Shown: in pieces, positions 52,207 to 62,647 of the stretch
How the letters are laid out: the number at the start of each line of letters is the position of its first letter
Position numbering within the stretch: the first letter of the stretch is position 1
Source of the DNA: Syntrophales bacterium
GTDB taxonomy: Bacteria; Desulfobacterota; Syntrophia; Syntrophales; UBA2210
Direction: 5' to 3'
Assembly: GCA_963662405.2 (NCBI GenBank)
Contig: CAXXKT010000001.1
Coordinates: 704,001 to 768,000 of the forward strand
Length of the DNA stretch: 64,000 nt
Program-made: the position numbers and the translations under genes
The notes under the pieces: generated by a model
Told to the model about the DNA's origin: nothing
The model's database searches: none
Seen by the model: only the letters and a program-made list of their open reading frames with translations

Positions 52207-52242
52207 AGGCGTTTCCAATTTAACTTGATAAGGAATTGAATC

Positions 52243-52554
52243 ATGTACGCAGTCATAAAAACCGGAGGGAAGCAGTACAAGATCTCGAAGGGAGAGATCC
52301 TGAACTGTGAGAAGATCGAGGGCGGTAAGGGTGATATCGTTTCTTTCGATGAAGTTTTGCTGGTCTCCGGGGACGGAGACGTCCAGGTGGGCACGCCGTT
52401 CGTGAAGGGTGCGAAGGTCGTCGGTGAAATCATCGCCCAGATCAGGGACTCCAAGATCACCGTTTTCAAGATGAAGCGGCGCAAGGGGTACAAGAAGAAG
52501 ACAGGACACCGGCAGGATCTGACAAGCCTCAGGATCAAAGAGATAGTTGTGTAA
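52243..52554 (+). CDS. rplU: 50S ribosomal protein L21
   Basis: [12 protein letters not shown]...KRRKGY...GHRQ. Confidence 0.99.
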   Translation: MYAVIKTGGKQYKISKGEILNCEKIEGGKGDIVSFDEVLLVSGDGDVQVGTPFVKGAKVVGEIIAQIRDSKITVFKMKRRKGYKKKTGHRQDLTSLRIKEIVV

Positions 52555-52568
52555 CGGAGGAGAGATAG

Positions 52569-52823
52569 ATGGCTCACAAGAAAGGCCAGGGGAGTTCACG
52601 AAACGGGAGAGACAGCCAGGCGCAGAGACGGGGCGTTAAGGTATATGGCGGACAGGCCATATCTGCCGGCGGTATCATTGTTCGCCAGCTTGGGACCAAG
52701 ATACACCCGGGGAGCAACGTTGGAATGGGCAAGGACTACACCCTCTTTTCCAAGATCGATGGGATCGTGAAATTCGAGAGGAAGGGCAGAGACAAGAAAA
52801 AGGTAAGCGTATACGACGCTTAG
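52569..52823 (+). CDS. rpmA: 50S ribosomal protein L27
   Basis: [16 protein letters not shown]. Confidence 0.99.
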   Translation: MAHKKGQGSSRNGRDSQAQRRGVKVYGGQAISAGGIIVRQLGTKIHPGSNVGMGKDYTLFSKIDGIVKFERKGRDKKKVSVYDA

Positions 52824-52918
52824 CGATTTTTTGTGTCAGATAGCATTACGTGGGAGAAGGTGTTAGTATCAAAAAGCTAACACCTTTTTTGCTTTTTATC
52901 CCCCGGTGGGTATCTTTT

Positions 52919-53941
52919 ATGCGATTTGTCGACGAGGCCAAGATATATATCAAGTCCGGTGACGGTGGGCAAGGTTGCGTCAGCTTCCGGAGGGAAAAGT
53001 ACGTCCCCCGCGGCGGTCCCGATGGGGGAAACGGCGGCAAAGGAGGCGATGTCATCGCTATCGCTTCGCGCAGCCACCGAACCCTGTTGGACCTGAAATT
53101 CAATCAGCATCATGTGGCCCGACGAGGCGGCCACGGGGAGGGGAACAATCGAACCGGCAGAAACGGTGACGATGTGGAGATCGTGGTCCCCGTAGGGACC
53201 GTTATAAAGGACATGGAGACGGGACAGTTCCTGGCTGATATGACCGAAGACGGTCAGAAGGCCATCTTGGCCTTGGGCGGAAAGGGTGGAAAGGGAAACG
53301 CTCACTTCAAGACCGCCACAAACCAGACTCCCCGTTATTCCCAGGACGGCCTTCCGGGAGAAGAGAAGACGATCAGTCTGGAACTCAAACTGATTGCCGA
53401 CGTGGGGATCGTTGGATTCCCGAATGTCGGCAAGTCAACCCTGATTGCGAACGTCTCGGCAGCCCGCCCTAAGATCGCGAACTACCCCTTTACCACGTTG
53501 AAGCCCAATCTGGGGGTGGTCCGTCTGGGCGATTCCCGGGCCTTCGTCATCGCGGATATACCGGGCCTTATCGAGGGTGCTCACCAGGGAGCGGGGTTGG
53601 GTACGAAATTTTTGCGCCATATCGAAAGAACCTCTATACTGCTCCATATCATCGACATATCGAAGGATCCCTTCACCGGCGCGTGGGATGATTTCAAGAT
53701 GATCAATAACGAGCTGGCATCCTTCAGCCCTGCCGTGCGGGCGAAACCCCAGATTGTGGCCATCAACAAGGCCGACCTACCGACCACCCGGGAACGGCTG
53801 AACGGCGAGATGGCTGTTTTTGAGGAGCAGGGGCTTCGTGTTTTCCCCATATCGGCCGCCACGGGGGAAGGAGTGAAAGCATTGATGCGAGCAATAGAAA
53901 AAGAAATTAACAACCTTTCCGTCACCCAGGCTGAAGGGTAA
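52919..53941 (+). CDS. obgE: GTPase ObgE
   Basis: FVDEA, FRREKYVPRGGPDGG, GFPNVGKS, YPFTT, DIPG, NKAD. Confidence 0.98.
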   Translation: MRFVDEAKIYIKSGDGGQGCVSFRREKYVPRGGPDGGNGGKGGDVIAIASRSHRTLLDLKFNQHHVARRGGHGEGNNRTGRNGDDVEIVVPVGTVIKDMETGQFLADMTEDGQKAILALGGKGGKGNAHFKTATNQTPRYSQDGLPGEEKTISLELKLIADVGIVGFPNVGKSTLIANVSAARPKIANYPFTTLKPNLGVVRLGDSRAFVIADIPGLIEGAHQGAGLGTKFLRHIERTSILLHIIDISKDPFTGAWDDFKMINNELASFSPAVRAKPQIVAINKADLPTTRERLNGEMAVFEEQGLRVFPISAATGEGVKALMRAIEKEINNLSVTQAEG

Positions 53942-53965
53942 AGACAAAAGAGGAGTTGTAGGAAC

Positions 53966-55099
53966 GTGATGTCGGAAGAGAGGACCGGTATCCTCAAGGG
54001 TGCCAAGAGGATACTCATCAAGATAGGGAGCGGTGTCCTGACGGGACAAGATGGTCTCGATCTCGCGATCATCGAACAGTTGATCGATGAAATTGCCGCT
54101 TATTCCAAGGCAGGGTTTCACTTCATCGTCGTTTCTTCAGGGGCCATCGCGTCCGGTACCCACCGGATGGGGTTCACGGAGAAGCTCAAAAGCCTGCCCC
54201 AGAAACAGGCCGCTGCGGCCGTAGGACAGGGCAGATTAATGCGGATCTATTCGCAGGCCTTCGGCAGACACGATCTGATCACCGCCCAGATTCTCCTGAC
54301 CATGAGCGATCTTACCGACCGGCAACGATTTCTCAACATCCGCAACACCCTCTCAACTCTCATGGAATGGGGAGTCATCCCCATCATCAATGAGAACGAT
54401 ACGGTCTCCGTGGATGAAATCAAGTTCGGGGATAATGACAACCTCGCCGCAATGATGGCGAATATCACGGGGGCCAACCTGCTGATCAATCTGACCAACA
54501 CGGAAGGACTGTATGATCGGGATCCCCGGGGATCGAAGGGGTCCAAACTGATCCCCCTGGTCAGGGAGATAACCGCACAGATCGAGGAGGCCGCTTCGTC
54601 AGAGGCCGATACCGTCGGGATGGGGGGAATGCGAAGCAAGGTAATTGCCGCGAAAAAGGTGACAGCCTTCGGGATTCCCTATATTATTGCCTATGGCAAG
54701 AAGGCCGGCATCCTGAGAGAGATCCTCTCGGGAAAGGAAACGGGGACCCTCTTTCTCCCCGGGGAACAGCACCTGAAGAGTAAAAAACACTGGATCGCTT
54801 TCACCCTGCGCTCCAGGGGAAGGCTCTATATCGACGGAGGCGCACAGAACGCCATTATGAATCAGGGGAAGAGTCTCCTCCCCTCAGGTGTTGTCCGGGT
54901 GGAAGGGGATTTCGGCGTGGGCGCCCCCGTCACGTGTGTAGACATGAACGGCGCCTCGGTTGCGAAGGGAATCGTCAACTACTCCTCATCGGACATTGAT
55001 AAGATAAAGGGACTCAAGACCTCAAAGATCGAGCAGGTTCTGGGAGAAAAGCCATACGACGAGATTATTCACCGCGATAACATGGCGGTATCACGGTAG
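53966..55099 (+). CDS. proB: Glutamate 5-kinase with PUA domain
   Basis: IKIGS, SSGAI, NENDTV...FGDND, SLLPSG, IHRDN. Confidence 0.97.
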   Translation: MMSEERTGILKGAKRILIKIGSGVLTGQDGLDLAIIEQLIDEIAAYSKAGFHFIVVSSGAIASGTHRMGFTEKLKSLPQKQAAAAVGQGRLMRIYSQAFGRHDLITAQILLTMSDLTDRQRFLNIRNTLSTLMEWGVIPIINENDTVSVDEIKFGDNDNLAAMMANITGANLLINLTNTEGLYDRDPRGSKGSKLIPLVREITAQIEEAASSEADTVGMGGMRSKVIAAKKVTAFGIPYIIAYGKKAGILREILSGKETGTLFLPGEQHLKSKKHWIAFTLRSRGRLYIDGGAQNAIMNQGKSLLPSGVVRVEGDFGVGAPVTCVDMNGASVAKGIVNYSSSDIDKIKGLKTSKIEQVLGEKPYDEIIHRDNMAVSR

Positions 55100-55109
55100 C
55101 GTTTTTCTC

Positions 55110-55688
55110 TTACCGAAAAAAGGCGGCGGGTACCTTTCCTGCGGCGTCAACCACAACCCCTTCCAGACGGAGGAGCGCTTTTTTCATTCCGCTTCCGCCT
55201 CCGAACCGGCCGACGGATCCGTGGCACCTGACTACTCGGTGACAGGGAATAACGAGGGGGAAAGGATTGCGGGCAAGGGCCGTGCCGACCGCCCGCGCGG
55301 CACCAGGGGCTGAGATCGCACGCGCCAGTTCGCCGTAGGAGGTGACCCTGCCCCGCGGTATGCGCATGGTCTCTCTGAGCACCCTCTGCTGGAACCCGCC
55401 GCACTCGTCCAGCGCCACTGGTTTCAGAGAAAAATCGGCCCGTTGTCCGTCCAGGGCGGCCCGTATCCCTTCGCAGAGTTTCCCCGGATCCGTGTCAGGT
55501 TCCTCCACGGCATCGGGGTGGCGTTCCGTGATCATTTCTGCGGTGGATCTGTCGGGAGACGGCAGCAGAATCTGAACAATCGCGGGTGCACCATCCCCGA
55601 TCTGCCATACAATCCCCACATCCCCCAAAGATGAGGGTACCACACGGTAATGACTCGTTTTCACCCCTGACTCCCTCCGGAGCGGCAC
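55110..55688 (-). CDS. ogt: Methylated-DNA--protein-cysteine methyltransferase
   Basis: IPRGRVTSYG, ARAVG, NP...VIPCHRV. Confidence 0.93.
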   Translation of the reverse strand: MPLRRESGVKTSHYRVVPSSLGDVGIVWQIGDGAPAIVQILLPSPDRSTAEMITERHPDAVEEPDTDPGKLCEGIRAALDGQRADFSLKPVALDECGGFQQRVLRETMRIPRGRVTSYGELARAISAPGAARAVGTALARNPFPLVIPCHRVVRCHGSVGRFGGGSGMKKALLRLEGVVVDAAGKVPAAFFR

Positions 55689-56656
55689 TACATTTCTCTC
55701 TGAATCACATAATCCGCGATAGCGAGGAGAGCCGCTCGCGGCGTTGTATCGTCAAAGATATCGAGGAAGGCCTTTCCCTCTTCGACAAGCCGCTTCGCTT
55801 TCTCGAGGGAATAGTCGATCCCTCCGTAGGTATCGATCAGGGAAGAAATTTCTCGGACGGCATCCTCTCCGAAATCCTCTACGGCCCGTTCGATACGGGT
55901 CTTTTCATCGGGCGTACACTGCTTGAAAGTCTTGATGAGGGGGAGGGTAATTTTCCCCTCCTTGAGATCCATCCCGATCGTCTTGCCGAAGTCATCTTCC
56001 CGCGCCACATAATCGAGGGTGTCATCGGTCAGTTGAAAGGCCGCCCCCAGACGCATACCGAATTTGGTCAGCGCCTCAACTTCTTTTTCAGGGGCCTGTG
56101 CCAGGAGCGCACCGATGGCGCATGCCGCAGAGATCAGAATCGCTGTCTTCTTTTCGATAACCGAAAAATATTCCCGCTCGCCGGTATTGATATCGCCGCA
56201 CCGGGCCAGCTGGATCAGCTCTCCCTCGGCCATCGCGGAGGTGGTTATTGAAAGGAGTTTCTGTATCGGCTGATCCCCGTCTTCTGCCAGGATATTGAAG
56301 GAAGTTGAGTACAGATAGTCTCCCACAAGAACACTTGCTGAATTTCCCCAGATACTGTTCGCAGAGGGTTTCCCTCGTCTGATGTTGGCGTGATCGATCA
56401 CATCATCATGGAGGAGGGATGCGGTGTGGATAAACTCCATAACCGACGCCAGGGGAAAGCGTCTCTCTCCTTGATAACCGCACAGGTCCGACGATATGAT
56501 CAGCAGAAGGGGCCGCAACCTCTTGCCGCCGCTTTTGATGATATGATCGGAGATTTCGGGGATGAACTCTACATAGGAATGCATCCGGCCCTCAATGAGG
56601 GTCTCAACCTCTTTCATCTCATCCATATATGTGCTGAAGACATCCTGTATTTCCAT
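55688..56656 (-). CDS. ispB: Long-chain polyprenyl diphosphate synthase (IspB-like)
   Basis: GGKRLRP, HDDVID, RRG, FQLTDDTLD, GKITLP. Confidence 0.9.
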   Translation of the reverse strand: MEIQDVFSTYMDEMKEVETLIEGRMHSYVEFIPEISDHIIKSGGKRLRPLLLIISSDLCGYQGERRFPLASVMEFIHTASLLHDDVIDHANIRRGKPSANSIWGNSASVLVGDYLYSTSFNILAEDGDQPIQKLLSITTSAMAEGELIQLARCGDINTGEREYFSVIEKKTAILISAACAIGALLAQAPEKEVEALTKFGMRLGAAFQLTDDTLDYVAREDDFGKTIGMDLKEGKITLPLIKTFKQCTPDEKTRIERAVEDFGEDAVREISSLIDTYGGIDYSLEKAKRLVEEGKAFLDIFDDTTPRAALLAIADYVIQREM

Positions 56657-56908
56657 ACGCTATTCCGATCAGAGCCCTTTCCCCCGTCTATATGTGATAC
56701 CCATCGAAATGTCAAAACCTTTCCAAAACCGTCTCGGCGGGTCGTAAAGAGGAAGAGATCTTCCACCCGACCGTGACACGATTCCGGAATAGCTTTTTTA
56801 TAGTATCATCAATTATTTGACATTTTTCCTGCAACATTTTATAAAGGCACTTGGGTGGGTTTCTGCCGAATCGAGGAGCCAGGACTAAAGAACGAAAAGA
56901 GGCGGCTT

Positions 56909-57835
56909 ATGAGATGGAAACGAAAGCAGATCGGGTTTGCCCTCGGTGGTGGGGGTGCCCGGGGGTTCGCCCACATAGGGGTCATCAAGGCGCTTGTGCG
57001 TGAGAAGATCCCCATTGATCTTATTGTGGGGACCAGCAGCGGCGCCTTGATCGGAGGGGCATTTGCCAGCGGGGTCACCCCGGAAGATCTGGAGCGGAAG
57101 ATCGGAGAATATCTCAACAGCAAGGAATATCAATCGTCCGCGGTCAGAACTATCGAACAGGCGCACGACGGGGAACGGGCCTCCCTTACCCGGAAGATAC
57201 AGGGGTTTTTTCAAAATAAATTTCTCCTCCTACAGGCCATGTTCAAACCGGGAATTCTCTCCCCGGATGAGTTTCAGTCTATGATCGATTTTTTCATTCC
57301 GGACATACTGATCCAGGAGACACGCATTCCCTTCCGGGCCGTTACCACCGACCTCATCAGCGGTGAACAGATCGTATTCTCCGAGGGTCCCCTGCGCGAG
57401 GCCGTTATGATCAGCAGTTCCGTACCGGGGGCGATAGAACCTCGAAGGTTGGGGGATATGCTCCTCTCAGACGGAGGAATCATTTCCCTGGTCCCTGTCA
57501 ATGCCGCCCGAACCGAGGGGGCCGACATCGTCATAGCCGTTGATATCACCCGGGCCCTCTTCTCCGATGAAGAAATCGATACCGCTCAGGGAATATGCGG
57601 CAGGGCTGCTGACATAGCGGCGTATCACCTGACGATGCATGAACTCGCGGCGGCGGATATCGTGATCCATCCCCGGGTCGGCAGTCTTCACTGGTCCGTC
57701 TTCTCCCATGCCGGGAGCCTGATTGCCGAGGGGGAAAAAGCGGCCATGGAGAAGATGATTGATATCAAAAGGATAATTCCCCTTCTTGCGCGATTTCGTG
57801 CCAAGAATGATACGGTACGTGACGCGGCATCTTAG
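56909..57835 (+). CDS. Patatin-like phospholipase (RssA-type)
   Basis: GGGARG, GTSSG, DGG. Confidence 0.92.
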   Translation: MRWKRKQIGFALGGGGARGFAHIGVIKALVREKIPIDLIVGTSSGALIGGAFASGVTPEDLERKIGEYLNSKEYQSSAVRTIEQAHDGERASLTRKIQGFFQNKFLLLQAMFKPGILSPDEFQSMIDFFIPDILIQETRIPFRAVTTDLISGEQIVFSEGPLREAVMISSSVPGAIEPRRLGDMLLSDGGIISLVPVNAARTEGADIVIAVDITRALFSDEEIDTAQGICGRAADIAAYHLTMHELAAADIVIHPRVGSLHWSVFSHAGSLIAEGEKAAMEKMIDIKRIIPLLARFRAKNDTVRDAAS

Positions 57836-58094
57836 AGGTGTCCAGGACCAATACCGTATCAGATCTTCACCTTGTGTTCTCAAAGAAAATCGGGGAATAT
57901 AAGGGGCCCCGGGACGTCGGGGTACAATAAGGAGTGTGAATCCATGTTCCATCAACAGGGGTGATACTCCTTGATTCGCGCGTGGATAAAGGCTAGTATA
58001 CAGATGATTTGGCTGTTGGTTCTCAACAATGTAATCGCTAAACTGTCGATCGAATAGCTTGTGTGGAAAGCCTGATGAATCGGGGGGAATCATC

Positions 58095-58874
58095 ATGTAT
58101 CAGATACCGCGTATCAGTTTTTCTTTTTACAAATTCAAGGGCGAACAAGTGCGAGAGCGGGCGACCAATCTTGCCTTTGCCCTCTATCGGCCAATCTTCC
58201 TCGTCCTGTTTGTGCTGAACACCTTCATGTGCGCCGTTGCGGCGATTGTGTGTACCACCTTCCTGCCTCACAACTACGGCCACGCCGTAGCCCGGTTCTG
58301 GAGCCGGTTGACCCTCGCACTGTCGGGGGTCTCCGCATCAATGATCGGGGAGGAAAAAATTCAACCGAACCAGCCCTATATCGTCATGGCCAACCATCAG
58401 AGTCACTACGATGTTTTTACCCTCATGTGGCTGATTCCCCTGCAGATCAGATGGATCATCAAGATGGAACTGCGGAAGATCCCCTTCTTCGGGTTCGCCT
58501 GCGAACGGGTGGGATACATCTTTATCGACCGAGGAGATAACGCAAAGGCGCGGGAAAGCCTCAAGACGGCGGGAGAGAGAATCCGAGGCGGCGCGTCGGT
58601 GATTTTCTTCCCCGAAGGCACCAGGAGTGTGGACGGCACGCTTCGGAACTTCAAAAAGGGCGGCTTCGTCATCGCCCTGGAGGCACAGGTGCCGATCCTC
58701 CCGGTGACCGTGCTCGGGGGTAAGGCGATCCTCCCCAAGGGGACCCTGCGTATCCTCCCGGGACATATGAAGGTCATCGTCCATGATCCTATCCCCGTCG
58801 ACGGATACACGTACGAAACCAAAGGGCAGCTCATGGAACGGGTCAGGGAATCGATGGAAAAGGGACTGGAATAG
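58095..58874 (+). CDS. plsC: 1-acyl-sn-glycerol-3-phosphate acyltransferase
   Basis: NHQSHYD, FIDR, FPEGTRS. Confidence 0.88.
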   Translation: MYQIPRISFSFYKFKGEQVRERATNLAFALYRPIFLVLFVLNTFMCAVAAIVCTTFLPHNYGHAVARFWSRLTLALSGVSASMIGEEKIQPNQPYIVMANHQSHYDVFTLMWLIPLQIRWIIKMELRKIPFFGFACERVGYIFIDRGDNAKARESLKTAGERIRGGASVIFFPEGTRSVDGTLRNFKKGGFVIALEAQVPILPVTVLGGKAILPKGTLRILPGHMKVIVHDPIPVDGYTYETKGQLMERVRESMEKGLE

Positions 58875-58984
58875 AAGGCCCGTCATTCACGGAGAGACTC
58901 CCGCGTTTAATCTGAATCACGGCACTTCCGAGACATGCGGCCGTGTCTCATGTTCGTATTTCTTTACCGGAAAACATCTGAAAA

Positions 58985-60235
58985 TCAGTACAGTATCCCG
59001 ATCATTGCCCCGGTCATCAGCGTCGTCAGGACGCCGGCCAGGATCGAACGGGGCCCGAGTGCGATGATCTCACCGGCCCGGTCGGGGACGATGGTCGAAA
59101 GACCGGCGATGAGGATGCCCAGACTGCCGATGTTGGCAAAACCGCAGAGGGCATAGGTCATGATCAGGTTACTCCGCTCGGAGAGCGTACCGGGGGAGAG
59201 GGCGGCCAGGTCCAGATAGGCGATCAGTTCATTGAGGATGACCTTGACCCCCATGAGGCTCCCCGCGGCGTGGGCCTCGTTCCAGGGGATGCCGGCCAGC
59301 CAGACCAGCGGGCTCATAATGTAGCCGAGGATACTTTCCAGAGTAATCGGTTTTCCCCCCATCTGAGGGAGCAGTCCCAGAAGCTGATTGACCATGCTGA
59401 CCAGGGCCACCAGGACGATCAGGAGGGCCACGACGTTGAAGAAGATCTTCAGCCCCGAGATCGTTCCCTGGACGAGGGCGTCCATGGAACCGCGTGTCTC
59501 GACGGGGGGCGAGATGGTCCCCAGCGTGGGCTCGCCGGTCTCGGGTATCATCACCCCTGCGATGAGGATGGAAGCGGGCGCGCTGATCAGGGAGGCAGCC
59601 AGGATATGCCCCAGGGCGTTTGGGACAACGGGTCCGATGATCCCGGCATAGAGGACAAGCACCGTCCCGGCGATGGTGGCCATGCCGCAGGTCATCAGGG
59701 TGAAGATCTCGCTACGGGTCATGGAGGAGAGATAGGGCCGGATGAAGAGGGGCGATTCGACCATCCCGGCGAATATGTTCGCCGTGCATCCCACCCCCAG
59801 GGCACCGCCGATCCTCATTGAACGTTGGAGAACCGCCGAAAAGGCCTTGACCAGAATGGGGATGATCTTCCAGTAGTACAGCAGTGCCGTGAAGGCGCTG
59901 GTGACGATGATTACCGGTAACCCCCGGAAGGCGAAGATATAGGCCGCGCCGGTACGGGTCTCTTCAAAGGGAAGGGGCGCGCCGCCGAGATAGCCGAAGA
60001 CGAATGACGTCCCGGCACGGGTCCCCGCCTCCAGGACCTCGACGGCCTTGTTCAGAAAGAGAAAAAACGTGCCCACCGCCGGAATCTTCAGGAAGATCAA
60101 GGCAAAAACCAGTTGCAGAACGAGCCCCGTAATGATCAGCCTCAGGCTGACGTCCCGGCGGTTCTCCGACAGCGCCCAGGCGATAAGGATAAAGACGAAG
60201 AGGCCGAACAGACTCTGCAACATGGGGAAATACAT
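58985..60235 (-). CDS. Concentrative nucleoside transporter (NupC/CNT family)
   Basis: LSENR, FVFG, ANIFAGMVE, MATIAG, LNELIAY, CGFANIGS. Confidence 0.93.
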   Translation of the reverse strand: MYFPMLQSLFGLFVFILIAWALSENRRDVSLRLIITGLVLQLVFALIFLKIPAVGTFFLFLNKAVEVLEAGTRAGTSFVFGYLGGAPLPFEETRTGAAYIFAFRGLPVIIVTSAFTALLYYWKIIPILVKAFSAVLQRSMRIGGALGVGCTANIFAGMVESPLFIRPYLSSMTRSEIFTLMTCGMATIAGTVLVLYAGIIGPVVPNALGHILAASLISAPASILIAGVMIPETGEPTLGTISPPVETRGSMDALVQGTISGLKIFFNVVALLIVLVALVSMVNQLLGLLPQMGGKPITLESILGYIMSPLVWLAGIPWNEAHAAGSLMGVKVILNELIAYLDLAALSPGTLSERSNLIMTYALCGFANIGSLGILIAGLSTIVPDRAGEIIALGPRSILAGVLTTLMTGAMIGILY

Positions 60236-60486
60236 TATGCTGTCCTTTCAGAACCGTGAAATATCAAAGACTGCAAACACTTGGCACTTTTTCTAACACA
60301 CAGGGGCCTGTTTGGCAACTGCCAAGAGGAAGAAGGGTTGCTCGCTCCGGTTGTGCTTGATTTCATGGTGCAATTCCTTCTGTTCAAATTTTATGAATTG
60401 AAGTAGGATGTGGTGGAAGTTTTGAAAATACCACTAAGTATGTTTTCCATTATCTTACCGAAACAAGGGAAAGGAGCATCTAATAA

Positions 60487-61077
60487 ATGAGTTCCAGTCA
60501 TTTCCTGCCAGATGGTATAAAGGGTCACACTAGAGCTATGATTTTCGTTGATGGAGAGAATTTAGCAATCCGATATAAACAAGGTTTAGCGGGGTCTGAG
60601 CCATTAAAACATGTTCAGTTTCTCGAAAACGTGTATGTCTGGTCTCGTTTCGCAAACATTCCACACCATGTGCATTGTGATGTCATCAGGAAACACTATT
60701 ATACTGCCGTACAAGGTGACGATCACAAAATTGAGGACGTTGAAAGTCAACTCAAAAATATAGGAATTGAAGCCCCACGCGTATTCAAAAAGAAGAAGGG
60801 TCGACCGTCTAAACGTGTTGATATAAGTATAGCCACCGAGATGCTTGCACACGCTAGCAGGGGAAATTACGATATCGCAATTTTAGTGGCTGGCGATGAT
60901 GATTACGTCCCCCTCATGCGCGCAATTAAAGACGAAGGATGTCGCGTTGTACTCTGGTTCTTTGAAGATGATCCGGGGCTCAGCAAGCGATTAGTTATGG
61001 AGGCTGATTATTTCTTCGATATTTCATACTTTCTATGTAAAGAAGAACAGGATATTAGATTATACTACCCTTGGTGA
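60487..61077 (+). CDS. NYN/LabA-like PIN-fold nuclease domain protein
   Basis: IFVDGEN, KRVDISIA, LVAGDDDYVP, ADYF; AT-rich codon usage. Confidence 0.88.
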   Translation: MSSSHFLPDGIKGHTRAMIFVDGENLAIRYKQGLAGSEPLKHVQFLENVYVWSRFANIPHHVHCDVIRKHYYTAVQGDDHKIEDVESQLKNIGIEAPRVFKKKKGRPSKRVDISIATEMLAHASRGNYDIAILVAGDDDYVPLMRAIKDEGCRVVLWFFEDDPGLSKRLVMEADYFFDISYFLCKEEQDIRLYYPW

Positions 61078-61205
61078 TAACATATTCAACCGACTGGTCT
61101 AATGAGTGTTCCTCCTAGTATCGCTGGCCCTTAATGAACAATTTTTTACGTACTTTAACCGTGAAGAGTGAGGTTCAAACGACAATTTATTAACAGGAGC
61201 AAACC

Positions 61206-61679
61206 ATGCCTCGTATACTCAAAGCCGGAGACATTGCCCCGACATTCACGCTGAACAACGCTGAATCTAAGCCGGTCAGTCTGTCCGATTTTGCGGGCCG
61301 GTGGGTGGTCCTCTATTTTTATCCGAAGGACAATACGAGCGGCTGCACGAAAGAGGCGCAGGCGTTCTCATCATTGTTGTCGGAATTCCAAAAGCAGAAC
61401 GCCGTGGTGATCGGGATCAGCCCGGACTCGGAGGCATCACACGCGCGGTTTATCGAAAAACATGGTCTCACCGTGGAGCTCCTCAGCGATCCCGACAAAG
61501 AGGTCTGCAATCTCTACGGCGTGTGGCAGAAAAAGAAGATGGCGGGAAGGGAGTACATGGGGGTGGTGCGCAGCACCTTTCTCATAGACCCGGAAGGCAA
61601 AATCATCCGTGTGTGGGAGAAGGTCCGTGTCAACGGCCACGCAGAAGAGGTGCTCCAGGCCTGCTGCGGCGCGTCATGA
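61206..61679 (+). CDS. bcp: Thioredoxin-dependent peroxiredoxin (BCP)
   Basis: YFYPKDNTSGCTKEA, GISPDS, RSTFLID. Confidence 0.93.
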   Translation: MPRILKAGDIAPTFTLNNAESKPVSLSDFAGRWVVLYFYPKDNTSGCTKEAQAFSSLLSEFQKQNAVVIGISPDSEASHARFIEKHGLTVELLSDPDKEVCNLYGVWQKKKMAGREYMGVVRSTFLIDPEGKIIRVWEKVRVNGHAEEVLQACCGAS

Positions 61680-62638
61680 TCTCCCCGGAGACGATCAGAG
61701 ATGTTTTGTCGGAATGGGGTCTTCGTCTGAAGTCCGTTCGGGCCGATCTCGCGATTCAGGGGAGCCCGGAGCGTTCCTTGCTTCGCACTGCTGTGGAAGA
61801 CGAAGAAGGCCACATCTTTATCGTGGAGCAGATAGCCCCACACCGGACAGAACCACGACGAATCATCAGCAGGATCCTGGACGATCTTCACGCTGCCGGA
61901 TTGGATCAAGTTGTCCCGTATAAACGGACACCGGCAGGGGAACATCTGGTTTTCCGCAAGGACGCCTGGTGGCAGGTCACGCCTTTTATCGCGGGAACAC
62001 CCCTCGATCGGCCCGGTTATCTCCACGATGCCGTGAAGGGCGAAGCCCTCGCGCGCTTCCTGTGCAACCTCTCCGACCATGTGCCGAGCTGCTCCCATAT
62101 TCGAGGAATGCCTCGCTTCTCGCTGAAGGACTACATCGTCGGACTCGAACGGGATATCACCCGGCACGCCGCCGATACGGCCCCGCGCTTCGCACCCGTT
62201 TTCGATTTCTTGCGGTGTACATTCCTGGATGCGCACGACACGCTGCCCGTGGCCTTCTGCCACGGCGACTACCATCCCCTGAACGTCATCTGGCGCGGTG
62301 ATGAAATCGCGGCGGTGATCGACTGGGAGTTCTGCGGGATCAAGACCGAGATCTACGACGCGGCCAACCTGATCGGCTGTGTCGGGATGGAGCACCCGTC
62401 CGGTCTGACCGATCACCTCGCAACCGCCTTTATGGAGCACATGCGGAAGCATTCAGCTATCAGCGACCGGAGCTGGAAATTGTTTCCGGAGTTCGTTATC
62501 GCCCTGCGCTGTGCCTGGCTGGCCGAGTGGCTCCGCACGAAAGACGGGGAGATGATCGACCTGGAAGAAACCTACATGAAGCTGCTGATCCAACATCTCG
62601 ACCGGCTCAGAGATGCGTGGAGACTGCCGGGTCGCTGA
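61676..62638 (+). CDS. APH-family phosphotransferase (type II homoserine kinase-like)
   Basis: HGDYHPLN, IDWEF; ATGA overlap with the bcp stop. Confidence 0.82.
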   Translation: MISPETIRDVLSEWGLRLKSVRADLAIQGSPERSLLRTAVEDEEGHIFIVEQIAPHRTEPRRIISRILDDLHAAGLDQVVPYKRTPAGEHLVFRKDAWWQVTPFIAGTPLDRPGYLHDAVKGEALARFLCNLSDHVPSCSHIRGMPRFSLKDYIVGLERDITRHAADTAPRFAPVFDFLRCTFLDAHDTLPVAFCHGDYHPLNVIWRGDEIAAVIDWEFCGIKTEIYDAANLIGCVGMEHPSGLTDHLATAFMEHMRKHSAISDRSWKLFPEFVIALRCAWLAEWLRTKDGEMIDLEETYMKLLIQHLDRLRDAWRLPGR

Positions 62639-62647
62639 CTGTTCCCC

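Noticed and set aside
57928..57964. AGGAG followed by a six-codon ORF (MFHQQG) upstream of plsC
   Set aside because: Too short, with no attenuator structure or other support.
60290..61140. Integron cassette around the NYN gene
   Set aside because: No convincing RYYYAAC...GTTRRRY attC palindrome and no integrase.
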